Positions 1 through 12,400 of a stretch of DNA of 64,000 nucleotides are shown here, piece after piece. Made by a program: the position numbers and the translations under genes. Source of the DNA: Mustelus asterias (taxonomy: Eukaryota); contig NC_135801.1 in assembly GCF_964213995.1 (NCBI RefSeq), positions 82,832,001-82,896,000 on the forward strand, read 5' to 3'. Positions within the stretch are counted from its first letter, which is position 1; the number at the start of each line of letters is the position of its first letter. The notes under the pieces were generated by a model. That model worked only from the letters and a program-made list of their open reading frames with translations. It searched no databases and was not told the origin of the DNA.

Positions 1-530
1 GCCTTCTACCACTTACCTTAAATCTACGTCCCCTGGCTCTTGACTCCTCTACAAATGGAAAAAGTGCCTTTCTATCCACCCTATTGATGCCCTCATAATT
101 TTATACACCTCTATCTGTCCCCTCTCAGCCTTTGCTGCTCCAAGGAAAATCGTGGCCATAGCGATAGTTGAGACACTGGATAAATAGGAGGTATTGGAAA
201 GGGTGGTTAAACTTAAATTGATAAATCACCAGTACAGAATGAGATTCATGTGGGAATACTGAGGGAAGTAAGGGAGAAAATTGTTAAGGCTTTGGCTATA
301 ATCATCAAATCCTCCTTTGATATGGGATTGGTGCCAGAGAACTTGAGAATTGCAAAAGAGTGTAAGGATCTACCAGCAACTATAGGCCAGTTAATTTAAC
401 TTCAGTGATGGGAAAGCTTTTGGAAATTATAATCTGGGACAAAATGAGCAGTCACTGAGACAAGTGGGATTAATTAATGAATGCCTGCATAGTTTTGTTA
501 AAAACCAATCTTGCTTAACTAATTTGATTT
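1..530. mobile_element. Decayed CR1-type LINE fragments (1-~145 on -, ~150-530 on +)
   Basis: Similar to the CR1 ORF2 at 38.5-40.2 kb (NYRP..LTSV.GK region). Confidence 0.7.
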
Positions 531-1412
531 AGTGTTTCGGTAAGGGATGGGAAGAGAGATGGAGTTGCTGGCTAGGAAACAGAGTTTGTGGCAGAATGGC
601 TTTGGCCTTCACAATATTTATTTGGAAGAAAACTCTGCTGATCTTGCACTGGATGTCAGACAAACAATTTGACAATTTAGTGGAGGGGTCAACAGAGATG
701 GTGGAGAGGCAGAATTGAATGTTGTCAGTATACATGGGAAAACTAATGCTATATCTTATAAAATGGAGGCTGATTCTCACAGCCTTCGCAATTGTCAGTC
801 TGGTTGGCTAGCTTTTTCCACAAGTCACTACCCAAGCATCATCTTTTGCACCCCACCACAGTACACCCCACGCTCCATTCCACTGCCAAGCTCCAGCTGA
901 TGCCAAGATAACACTTGTACCCACCATTTTTATGTAAAATTCCTGTACCTAGAATCTCTAGCGGGTTAGGCTTTCCACCCATTTGAGGAAATTGGTCAAA
1001 AAAAATGGCAACAAGTGGGATTGGGAAAATTTGGTCCCACAGTAACGACTGAATGATGCTTTGTTACAAATGTTGGTAAAAAATCAATATTTTGTAATAT
1101 AAAGTGAGTAAATTTTCTCTCCTTGAATAAATCAGAATTTTAGAATGTTACGTGAGATTAATACACTTTTTGGAAGAGACTTAAGGACACATTATCTTAT
1201 TAATATATCCCTAAAATAATCTTTTAGTAATATATGCCTAAAGCTACCTTTTAAAATGGAATTCAACCACAACGCATGTTCTTGTCTAGGTGTTGCTTCT
1301 AATAAAGCATTACAATGGCGGCAGTTTTCCCCATTTTCAAATTAGATGATGTCAAGTTATATTTCAAAAACCAACTTTCATGATATTTTCTGTCACAATA
1401 AAATCAACTTAC

Positions 1413-3030
1413 TTTAAAGCATTTTTCTAATGCACTTCCTCGATGACATCTCTTCCAGGACTAAAGGTTTCATTAATAACTGCAAAAAGCTAAAATTCCA
1501 TTGAGGATAGCATGTAACAAATGATTGTTGATTTCCAGTTTACAATATAAAAATTGTGGGCCTTGATTAACAATTTGCACACTCAACCCAAATGTTGACT
1601 AACTTTCCCTCTGAATCATAAATCATGTTAGGATTTTGACTTCCCTTAGACATTAAAAAGTTTGGTTCTCAACGTGTGATAATCGGAAAACTATCTATAA
1701 TCACCCTCTTTGGAACAAACAGATCAGAATTTATTTATTGTTAATCATTTGCGCTTGACATCAACCCAGTTTTCACAAACTAGAAAGAGACTTCATAACA
1801 AATGCAACACTAAGGCAAAGATTTCATTCTATTTGTATTATGGTAGAAATACATTCAGTGTTATACCTCATCAAGATGATCAGAACAGGAAGATTCTATC
1901 AGCAGTATTAAATCTGTAATAATAAAGGTCTGTTACATTTTAGCCACAGAAAGTATCACATAGTGGACCATATGAAGTAAGAAGGAATCTGTTTTAATTC
2001 TGATTAGTTGCAAGCATTCTTAGATATGGAATATTTAGAGTGGCCACAGTTGCCAACATGTTCCTGGAATAAGCCTGATCCAGACCTCCCCCTATGTGAC
2101 AAAAATGTCTTTAAGGGTTCAACTACAAATAAAACATTAATATGACCTTAATATTCCTGGGGTCAGGACCTAACCTGATACCAGAGCTTGGAGTTAGTTT
2201 GTACCTTAACACTTGACTTACATTGGTAAGAAGTTGAAACTGCTTTGAAACAAAACTAAACTCACAATATAATTGCATCTTAAGTCTATTTTGTGATTTT
2301 ATATTTGTTCCTAACTCTCAATTAGGAATATTGAGCTGGGAACATGGGGAGAAATTTTAGCAGTAACATTTAAGAGTCACAGGCTGTCAAATCATGTTGA
2401 GCGTTTTGAGTAGTATGCTAAAACAGTCCTGGTTTATTAACTATTAGAATTTGTAACAATATATGTGCTTATGAACAAGAAAAATCAAAGACTATCAGTT
2501 TGAATACAGTACCTCGCATTTAGTAGCCGGAGAACGTCATGCTGAGCATCAGGTTTAACCTCTGTTCAGTAAACGAAGACAAGCCACAAGAACTTTTTCA
2601 CATGCGGGATGTTTCAAAACACTTCAAATCAATCAAGTATTTTGGAACTGTTGTTATGTGGGTAAATGCAAGTCAGCAGCCAGAATAGATTGACAAATTG
2701 ATGTTTCAGCTCGCCACAGATGCTGCCTAACTTTTCAGGATTTTTTTTTGCTTTGGTTTCAGAACGTGCATGTTTTATGGTTGAACACAATTTGAGCTGG
2801 ATTTTCATCCACACTGGCAAGAAATAATGAGAATGCGCGACCAAGTTGTTACTCTTAACTCTGTTACGAACTGCACAAACTAAAAATGCAACAATCCTTC
2901 CATATAACGAGGAGTAAAATTCTCCAAATGCTTTACACGATACAATTGAACAGGGTATACTCACTTTGTGGAAAATAAATCTTTTCGCAATCTGTGCTCC
3001 CCACAAACTGCGTTGTTTCCGGGTGACTGC
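1413..3030 (-). ncRNA. Candidate divergent spliced transcript (lncRNA, sORF or 5' exons of an unidentified gene)
   Basis: Exon-like blocks on the - strand at ~3030-2965, 2561-2513, 1913-1867 and 1479-1413 with consensus splice sites; ETS motif at 3017-3022; no transcript evidence available. Confidence 0.35.
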
Positions 3031-3258
3031 CCAAGCCCAGCCCTCCCACCTCACGTTATTGATAACTCTGGCATTTCCGCAAACCCCAGCAGCAAGAAAA
3101 TATTAAAAGGCACAGGCCGGAATTTGTCAGCAGCCAGAAAAGGCACACGTCTACCACAGTACAGATTGCGCGCGGTTAGGTACATTGGTATTCAAGTTAC
3201 ATGTCATACCCTATGCAATAATTAAAGCACACTTTACTGTCCTTGGATGTTCTGAAAG

Positions 3259-3474
3259 CCATGATGTGGAGATGCCGGCGTTGGACTGGGATAAGCACAG
3301 TAAGAAGTCTCACAACACCAGGTTAAAGTCCAACAGGTTTATTTGGCAGCACTAGCTTTCGGAGCCTCAAGCTCCTTCTTCAGGTGAGTGAGGACTTGTG
3401 TTCACAAACAGGGCATATAAAGACACAAACTCAATTTACAAGATAATGGTTGGAATGCGAGTCTTTACAGGTAA
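3259..3474 (-). mobile_element. Penelope-like element terminal repeat fragment carrying a hammerhead motif
   Basis: Closely similar to 8601-8796; CUGAAGA..GAAA core at 3386-3350. Confidence 0.7.
3350..3386 (-). ncRNA. Minimal type I hammerhead ribozyme motif
   Basis: cac-CUGAAGA-A-GGAGC-uugag-GCUCC-GAA-AGCU-A-gug. Confidence 0.65.
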
Positions 3475-3483
3475 TGCCAATTT

Positions 3484-3822
3484 CATAGAATCCATAGAAT
3501 CCCTGCAGTGCAGAAGGCCTTTTGGCCCTTCGAGTCTGCATCAACTTGCCAACAGAACATCTTACCCCTAAATCCCCATCCCCATTACCCCATGCATTTA
3601 CCCCACTAATCCCCCTAAACTACACATCTTGGGACACTAAGGGGAAATTTAGCATGGCCAATCTGCCTAACCTGGACTGTGGGAGGAAACTGGAGCACTC
3701 AGAGGAAACACATGCCAATACGGGGAGAATGTGTAAATTCCACACATCACCCACAGCTGGAATTGAACCTGGGTCCTGGTACTGTGATGCAGCAGTGCTA
3801 ACCACTATGCCACTGTGCTGCC
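3484..3822 (-). mobile_element. HE1-type V-SINE
   Basis: tRNA-like head, GGGTTTCCTC..GTGCTCC.GTTTCCTCCCACA core, (TTCTATG)n tail. Confidence 0.85.
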
Positions 3823-4559
3823 ATTCCCTTATAGTCTTCATGCCAATCCATCCTCCATCTTAATAACCACCAATGCCAACTCACCCAGTATCCACTGCGG
3901 CCAGATTTCAGGAGCCGTGCTGGGATAAAATAAAAAGGTCTAAATATCTATTTCAACCTTTACCATATTAAAAAACACTCCATTCATGAAAGCCCATTGA
4001 AACATTCAAATCCCCTCAATTACCCAATCCCTTATAATAACAGACTTGTATTGATAACTGCACATCAAAGACACTAATTCTTTAATAACCTCTTTTGAGC
4101 TATCACCAACCTGTGGGCTTCAAGCTTCCTGCTAAGATAATTGAAGTGGAAAGCAGCCAAATATTGCTGTCATAACAATAGTCCTTAAGGTAATATCAAC
4201 AGCTGTTGCAACTGCCAGAACAGATTTTTATCGATTGTCACCGACACCAGTAGCCAATTCTTAGATTAATTTTTAAAGGGGTGGGGTTTATATAATTTCA
4301 CAGCTTGACAGATCTATAGACTTATCTTCCCTTTACAAGGATTTACATCTACCCTAAAAATTGTGACTACCACACAGTGTGGAAAGGCATTTGCTACAGT
4401 GAAAATGGGGTCTGTTTGAATTCAGCACTGTATTCAAATGGCCCAGCTGAGTTTGGTTTCCCTTGAGTTTGATTCACACCCTGCCCCATTCCCCCGCCAA
4501 CAAAAATAGGATCTGTCAGAAATGAGGGTGGGACTTCCTAATCTGGATCCTGCCTGCCA

Positions 4560-4860
4560 TTTTTAAAGGTTTATGGAGTCTCCTGACTCTGTGAAAATCT
4601 GATGTCATTGTTGCACTGTCAGAACAGTAGCCAGTGAGCACATAGCAAGGTCCCATAAACAGCAACACAATAATGACCAGGTGTTCTCTTTCTGATCGAG
4701 GGACAAATATTAACCACACCACAGGAGGTAGGAATTTTCCTGCTGCTTTTTGAAAGGTGGTATGGGGATCTTTAACATAAACCTGAAAGGGTAGACTGTA
4801 CCTTGGTTCATCTCCGAGAACACAGCACTGCCTTAATACTACATTGAGATGTTAGGTTAT
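4560..4860 (-). mobile_element. Decayed Deu-domain SINE (SacSINE1-like)
   Basis: Reverse-complement similarity to the copies at 34.65 and 52.35 kb. Confidence 0.55.
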
Positions 4861-5502
4861 AAAACAAATTCCACTATTCCGCTCTTTCTCCTTCCCCTTT
4901 TATCTATTATTTATCTAATTTTCCTCTAAACCATACAAAACTCACTACTTTACTTCCTGTGTTAAATCACTCCATTCTTCAACAGGCCCCTAAAGTACCT
5001 TCTCACCAATCCCTTCATTCGCAATGACAATTTTAAATGAATGATTCTTCCTCACTAATTCCCATACTAGAAGATTTTTGCTAGGAAATGCTTCAGAATT
5101 GCTCCTGCTCTGGCACCTTAACTTTACCCCAAGTGTAGTGAAAATCCCATTTACACATAAACAATGGAGGAGTGGAAACAGCACAATTCCTAGTCACAGT
5201 CTTTCTTCATTCATTCCATAAAAACCCTTTATAATTCATTTCAAAAAAACTTGATTAAATCTCCTTTATTTCTCTCTGCTCCAAAGGAAGTAACACCAGC
5301 AATACAAATTTCACACACAGTCCTCTAATTGTGATCCAACCAATGTTTTAAACTTTTTCATAACTTCTTTATCAAGTCCTATTTTAGAAAATGAAAATGT
5401 TAATGTCCTTTTGCCTACCTGCATTTGAATCCATAAATTGTATATTAGAAAAGTTTATCTCCTTTGGTATATTCACATAAAATTTTAGATTATGTGGATA
5501 TG

Positions 5503-5880
5503 ATTTGATTTGATTTATTATTGTCACATGTATTCGGGTACAGTGAAAAGTATTGTTTCTTGCATGCTATACAGACAAAACATACCATTCATAGAGTACA
5601 TAGGGGAGAAGGAAAGGAGAGGGTGCAGAATATAGTGTTAAAGTCGTAGCTAGGTTGGAGAGAAAGATCAGCTTAATATATGGTAGGTCCATTCAAAAGT
5701 CTGATGGCAGCAGTGACGAAACTGTTCTTGAGTCGCTTGGTACATGACCTCAGACTTTTGTATCTTTTTCCTGCCAGAAGAAGGTGGAAGAGAGTGTGTC
5801 AGGGGTGTGTGGGGTCCTTGTTATGCTGGCTGCTTTTCCGAGGCAGCGGGAAGTGTAGACGGAGACAATGAATGGGAAGT
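5503..5880 (-). mobile_element. Rex1/Babar-like LINE 3' end
   Basis: (TCAAA)n tail; same family as 10995-12075. Confidence 0.75.
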
Positions 5881-7779
5881 GGCTGTAAAAAGTAAATCAT
5901 GTGAAAGGTGTTTAATGTATGCCTGTTAGAGCTATCCATCTGGTGTGATAATTATCTCCACAAAGCCATGAGGCTAACGTTCCTGTTTACAACAAAGAAT
6001 TAATAAAAGAAACTTGACTTAGCTGTTACCAGATGGATCAGAGTCCATTATAATTTTTACATAAACTCCATGGGGCCATCTTATCAATACTTCTTGGATT
6101 AGTATGTTTCTAGTTGAACAATTTCTTCTAGTATCAACACTGACTTTAATAACTTCACGCCTTCACCAAAGCTCCCATTTTATCTCCAGTAGATACTGGA
6201 AATGTGGGATTGATGTCTAGACATTTCTGGGGAGGGGGGATAGAGGGCTGGAGAGACGTGGTAGATATGGGTGTCATTAGTGTATCGTCATCAGTGTATA
6301 TGCAGAAGCTGATCCATGTTAACTGGTGATGTGGCCTCGAGACACCATGCCCACGATAAAACCAAGAGGACCTAGGGTAGACCTGGGGGACTCCGGAGGT
6401 AACGATGCAGGGTTGGGAAGAAAATCCATTGCTGGAGATGCTGGGACCACTACATCAGTTACAAAATGAGGATCTGCACTCTTGGTATATATATGTTTGT
6501 TTTATTCTCCCACCATACTACTGAAGCCTACTGTGCTTTGTTAGTTTGAATGTTTCGTGTTCTACTAAACTTAATTGGGCAATTCACATATTCTGTATAT
6601 CTTATGTCTGTTTTTGATTTCTCTCATTATGCCTCCTTCTGCTTCCTGCTAATATCTTGTTGACCGCCTAAGCACTTTGCAGATTTATTTTCCTGCTGAA
6701 AGTATTTTTTTCTTCTATTCCCTTGTTCTGTTCCTTTTCAAATGTGGTCTATTTGTAATATCTTCCATTCCTGAGGAAGGGTCCATGACTAGAAACATTG
6801 ACTTCTGTTTTTCCAGATGCTGTCTATTCTGTTGACTATTGACATCCTTTTATTTTCAGGGTTTAAAAAAAAGTATTGTGTGATTAAGTTCTAGGAATAA
6901 AATAGCTAGTAAATAATAACTAATTTGAGAGTAATTAACAAATAGTGATCGCAGCATCAGTGAGCAAAAATAGGAAATGGTTATGAAGAGTTAAACCGAG
7001 GGATGTGAGACTGGAATATGGCAAAGTTCAGTGAGATAAAAAGGTATCACCCAAATTAACTAGATAAGAAAGTCGACAAACACAGCAATTGATTAGGAGT
7101 AAGGGATCTTTAAATACTGCACAAATTAGATACAGGGTATATTCCTATAAGACGAACACAGGTGAATTCAAGGATAGATTCTGAATCAAAATAGAGATCA
7201 AAACTAAAGTGATATAAAAGGGATGCATTTATTTAAGAGAGGGAGAAATTGCAGGTATGGGAAAGAGAGAGAGGAGATTTTGTGTTAAGTGTGGGAAGGT
7301 TGAGGGGGGGGGGAGGAATATATTGGAAACAAGGAAGTCGGAATGGAAGCAGCAGGGGATGCAGTGGCAAGTGAGTATCTGAGACTGGGGAGTGTAGGTA
7401 TTCTCTGCCCATCTTTCCTTGTTGCCAGATGATTGATCATCCTTCCAGTACTGGCAGACTCCTGGTTTGCCCATCCTTCATAGTACAAGATCTTGGAAAC
7501 CCACCTACTTGTGCTGTCATATCCCAGAACATCCACTTTTATTGCAAATATGCTTGGAACTACCTACAATATCCAGACCCTATAATTTATTCCCTGCTCT
7601 GAGCTTTTACATATCCTGGATTCATCTCTCAATATTGTCAGACCCCACAAATCCCATGAGTCATTCTTACTAGGAGCTCCTGTGCAATTGTACCAGTTAC
7701 TAGTCTCTCATCCAGTTTCTCTGAATTATAACATCATTCTCTTTATGTTGCCAAATCTATTTTCCCGTCTGCTCACTCT

Positions 7780-8590
7780 AAGTTCATCTTATCTTTGAGA
7801 TCTACCTCCTGTTCCCTTGACCTAATTTCTACTGAACACCCAATTTCCCTTCCTGACCCCATTCTAAATGACAATGTGGATGGTTCCCCCCTTCTTAGGG
7901 TATTATTCTGTTTTTACACATTTTCATCATCACCCTCTCAAAAAAAATGTAAGCTCTCTATCCTTGCAGCCGACTGATTCAATTCCAATCTCCTTTTCAT
8001 CTGCAAAGATCTAACATGCTGTCGCTTCCCAAATCGATGTGCACTTTTTCCATGGCTACATGTTTGAATCAATCCAAGGAGGTTTCTACCTGCCACAGTA
8101 CTGAAAGAGCCCAGCCCAAAGTTACAGACGACCCTCTGTGACAGTGACCATACTGCACTAATCTCATCGTTTTCCTCATCCTCTCTAACTTTCGAGACAA
8201 TTGACCATAACAGTACTCCTCCAATGTCTCTTGTCCTATACAGTGGGACTATCCTTGTTTGATCCGACTCTCACCTATTTGATTGGAGCTACAGCATCTC
8301 CAGCAATGGATTTTCTTCCCAACACTGCATCGTTACCTCCGGAGTCCCCCAGGTCTACCCTAGGTCCTCTTGGTTTCATCGTGGGCATGGTGTCCCTAGG
8401 CCACATCACCAGTCAACATGGATCAGCTTCTGCATATACACTGATGACTATACACTGATGACACCCATCTCTACCACCTTTCTCCAGCCCTCTATCCCCC
8501 CTCCATGCCATCAAACTACTTGCCCACCATCCAATCTTGGATGAGCCACAATTTCCACTAGCTGAACACCATCGTCTATGCTGCTGACAT
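7780..8590 (+). mobile_element. Decayed L2-type LINE RT fragment
   Basis: Remnants of GVPQGS.LGP and YADD motifs near 8340-8470. Confidence 0.6.
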
Positions 8591-8696
8591 TCTCTTATCC
8601 ATGATGTGGAGATGCCGGCGTTGGACTGGGGTAAACACAGTAAGAAGTCTCACAACACCAGGTTAAAGTCCAACAGGTTTATTTGGTAGCAAAAGC

Positions 8697-8731
8697 CACT
8701 AGCTTTCGGAGTGCTGCTCCTTCATCAGGTA
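8697..8731 (-). ncRNA. Minimal type I hammerhead ribozyme motif
   Basis: uac-CUGAUGA-A-GGAG-cagca-CUCC-GAA-AGCU-A-gug. Confidence 0.65.
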
Positions 8732-8869
8732 AGTGGAGTTCTGTTCACAAACAGAGCATATAAAGACACAAAATCAATTTACAAAATGATTGGAATCCCC
8801 ATTCCAACCATTATTTTGTAAATTGAGTTTGTGTCTTTATATGCCCTGTTTGTGAACAGAACTCCCACT

Positions 8870-8904
8870 TACCTGATGAAGGAGCAGCACTCCGAAAGCT
8901 TGTG
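8870..8904 (+). ncRNA. Minimal type I hammerhead ribozyme motif
   Basis: uac-CUGAUGA-A-GGAG-cagca-CUCC-GAA-AGCU-U-gug. Confidence 0.65.
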
Positions 8905-9169
8905 TGGCTTTTGCTACCAAATAAACCTGTTGGACTTTAACCTGGTGTTGTGAGACTTCTTACAGTATTCTCTTATCCCCCACAGGTTTTATCTTCTGTT
9001 GTGCAATCCAACCATCCAAAATTTGAAAAAGTCCCAGCTGAATTCTAATCAAAATAAAAACCACAATAACGTTCGAACTAAAAAAAAAAATCCCCTAGAT
9101 ATCTGTTGATGATAATTAATCAACTTCGAAAGATTATCGTGTTTTTAAAGGTTAAAATGTAACGACAGC

Positions 9170-9480
9170 AACTGAGGAGCGAAATCCCAGCGCCTGCACT
9201 TGATCTTCAGCTTGGGATTTTGAAATGGTTGTGCTTTGTCGCTGTGAGTTTTGACCCCGGGCGGGCACGGTAGGAGTGGCTGGGCTGTGAGCGGCGGCGG
9301 TTCCGGTGAGAGGCCACGTGGTTCGGAGGTTCGGATCCCGGCAGCTAGAACCATGTCCGCGAGGAACAACAACAGGTTGCCTAGTAACCTGCCGCAGCTG
9401 CAGAACCTCATTAAGCGGGACCCGCACTCTTACATAGAGGAGGTGAGTGAGCCGCAGGCCCCATAACCTCGGCTCAAGCC
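9170..9480 (+). promoter_or_regulatory. SDAD1 CpG-rich promoter / 5' UTR
   Basis: Local CpG enrichment; GC box GGGCGG 9259-9264; ETS-type TTCCGG 9301-9306; E-box CACGTG 9315-9320 (MYC-type, common in ribosome biogenesis genes). Confidence 0.7.
9353..9442 (+). CDS. SDAD1: SDAD1 coding exon 1 ([30 protein letters not shown])
   Basis: ATG in accATG context; donor GAG|gtgagt; CpG-rich surroundings. Confidence 0.96.
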
Positions 9481-12400
9481 CAGTTCAGTGCTCAATGTAC
9501 TGGCATGGTGACAGTGGATAGCACTGCTGCCTTCACAGAGCCAGGGATCCGGGTTCAATTCCAGCCTCGGGTCACTTGTCTGTGTGGACTCTGCACGTTT
9601 CCTCTCAGTCCAGAGATATGCAGGTTAAGTAGCTGGGTCATGCCCCTTCGTGTCCCAAGATAAATATATAGGTTAAGGGGATTAGTGGGGGTAAAATACA
9701 TGAGGTTAGGGAATAGGGCCTGTGTAAGGTTCAGTGGAGATGTGATGGGCTGAATGGCCTCTTTCTGCACTGTGGGGTTCTATGTATCATTCCCCCATCC
9801 ACACAATGACCGTGGTAGCTCATTGTAAACCTGCAGTAATCCTATCAACGCCAACCAAAATAAAGCTGTTATGAGTAGATTTTATTCTTGCGAGCTGTCT
9901 CCATCATACGCTCTAATTCAATCTTTTACTCTCATTTAAAACTGTACTCTGTCTAATAATGTTCTGCTTCAATCTCTTACCATATATTAAGCTGATCTTA
10001 CTCCACACTCCATCTGTGACACTATATTCTGTACCCTCTCCTTCTCCCCAATGTACTCTATGAATGGTATGTTTTGTCTGTATAGCACGCACGAAGCAAT
10101 ACTTTTCACTGTATCTCAATACATGTAATAATAAATCAAATCAAAAAGTGATTTCCATTTCAAACACACTTAATCAGTGTCAGCTGTGACTCAGTTTATT
10201 GGTAGCACTCCCAACTCTAAATTACAAGGTTTATAGAATCCCTATAGTGCAGAAGGAGGCCATTCGGCCCATCGAGTCTGCACTGACCACAATTCCACAC
10301 AGGCCATATTTCCCTGACACTAGGTTCAATTTAACATGGCCAATCAACCTAACCCACACATCTTTGGACTGTGGAAACCCACGCAGACACAAGGAGAATG
10401 TGGAAACTCCACACACAGTGACCTGAGGCTGGGTCCCTGGCGCTATGAGGTAGCAGTGCTAACCACTATGCCACCATGCCATTCTGGATTCTGGTCCCAG
10501 CTGAGCACTGGAATCGAGGCTGACCCCCCCCAGTGCGGTACTGAGATTCATGATATCCAAAACATCAGGGATTTCTGAACCACCACGACACAAACTGCCC
10601 AGCGCTGTCTTTCCTTTGGATTGCGTTCCAGTCGGAGGTTTGATCCTTAGGAAGAAATGTTAAACCCTCCTGTCTCCCTGTTCAGGTGGATGTAAAATAT
10701 CCCAGGCACCTTTTTCAGGAAGAGTAGGGAAGTTCTCCGCAGTGCCTCGCTAATATTTATTCCTCAATCATCACCACAAAATGTATTATATAATCATTGT
10801 ATTGCCATTTGCAAATTAACCATTTTATTTCAAAAAGTACAAATGCAAGTTTGTCATTTTTTTTTTGTGGAATGCAATCCAAATGAAAGGCATTGCTGGG
10901 CAGCTTGTGTTGTGATGGTACAGAATTCCCTGATGTTTTGGATATCATGAACTCTCAGCCCCCTCAGTCCCTGATGTACCTTGATACCTACATTTGATTT
11001 GATTTATTAGCATTGTTCCTTGCACATGTCACAGACAAAGTATACTGTTCATAGACTACATAGGGGAGAAGGAAAGGAGACGGTGCAGAACATAGTATTA
11101 CAGTCATAGCTAAGGTGTAGAGAAAGATCAACTTAATATAAGGTGGGTACATTCAAAAGTCTGATGGCAGCAGGGAAGAAGCTGTTCTTGAGTCGGTTGA
11201 TACATGATCTCAGACTTCTGTATCTTTTTCCCGACGGAAGAAGGTGGAAGAGAGAATGTCCGGGGTGCGTGGGGTTATTGTACATGCTGGCTGCTTTCCC
11301 AAGGCAGGGGAAGTGTAGAGGGAGTCAATGGATGGAGGCTGATTTGCGTGATGGACTGGGCTATGTTCACAACCCTTTGTAGTTTCTTGTGGTCTTGGTC
11401 AAAGCAGGAGCTGTACCAAACTATGGTACATCCTGAAAGGATGCTTTCTATGGTGCATCTGTAAAAATTGATGAGAGTTGTAGCAGAATGCCGAATTTCC
11501 TTGGTCTCCTGAGAAAGTAGAGGCATTCGTGTCGGCATGGAGGGACCAGGATGAGTTGTTGATGATCTGGACACCTAGCAACTTGAAGCTCTCAACCATT
11601 TCCACTTCATCCCCATCGATGTAGACAGGGGCATGTCCACAATGCTTCCTGAAGTCGATGACTACCTCTTTCGTTTTACTGACATTAGGGGAAAGATTAT
11701 TGTCGTTGCAACATTTCACCAGATTCTCTATCTCTTCCCTGTACTCTGTCTCATCATTGTTTGAGGTCTGACCCACTATGTTGATGTCATCAGCAAACTT
11801 GAAAATGGAATTGGAGCAGAATTTGGCCACACAATCATCAGTGTATAAGGAATATAGTAAGGGGCTGAGGACACAGCCTTGCGAGGCACTGGTGTTGAGG
11901 ATAATCGTAGAAGAGGTGTCGTTGCCTATCCTTACTGAATGCAGTCTGTGGGTTAGGAAGTCTGGGATCCAGTCACAGGGGGAGGAGCTGAGCCGTAGGC
12001 CACAGAGTTTGGAGATGAGTTTTGTAAGGAAGATGGTGTGGAAGGCTGAGCTGTAGTCAATAAATAGGAGTCTGACTGTGACGTTAGTGTATCTTTAAGA
12101 GCTGTTTGTTTCGAAGTCATATTTTCTGCAGTTGTAAGCAGGCCTTTCTGGCTTCAGTTGCTTTTTCATGATGGTGCCTGTTTGTCTGGAGATGTCCTTT
12201 TATTGCTACTTAATTGGAGGTTTGTTTATTTTTATGGTGGAATCTTTTATGACTCTGCATTGCTAGGAGAAAAACTGGTTTAAGTTTATAAAAGTTTATT
12301 TATTAGTCACAAGTAGGCTTACATTAACACTGCAGTGAAGTTGCTTTGAAATTCCCCTAGTTGCCACAATCTGGCGCCTGTTCGGGCCAATGCACCTAAC

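Larger units (their letters stand above)
8601..8966. mobile_element. Penelope-like insertion made of inverted terminal repeats, with a 12-bp TSD
   Basis: Arms 8640-8796 and 8801-8963; ATTCTCTTATCC at 8589-8600 and 8967-8978; hammerhead motif in each arm. Confidence 0.8.

Noticed and set aside
2844-2920. H/ACA snoRNA-like hairpin on the - strand (UUACUC..GAGUA followed by ACAacu)
   Set aside because: No ANANNA H box, too little room for a 5' hairpin before the donor at 2964, and no convincing rRNA target found.
2629-3054. 141-aa ORF on the - strand
   Set aside because: Non-ATG start, crosses a strong donor site and a repeat remnant, and has no recognisable domain.
1-9300. CXCL9/10/11-like chemokine exons expected upstream of SDAD1 from human synteny
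   Set aside because: No CXC motif exon or signal-peptide exon was recognised on either strand by manual reading; tBLASTn would be needed to exclude a divergent copy.
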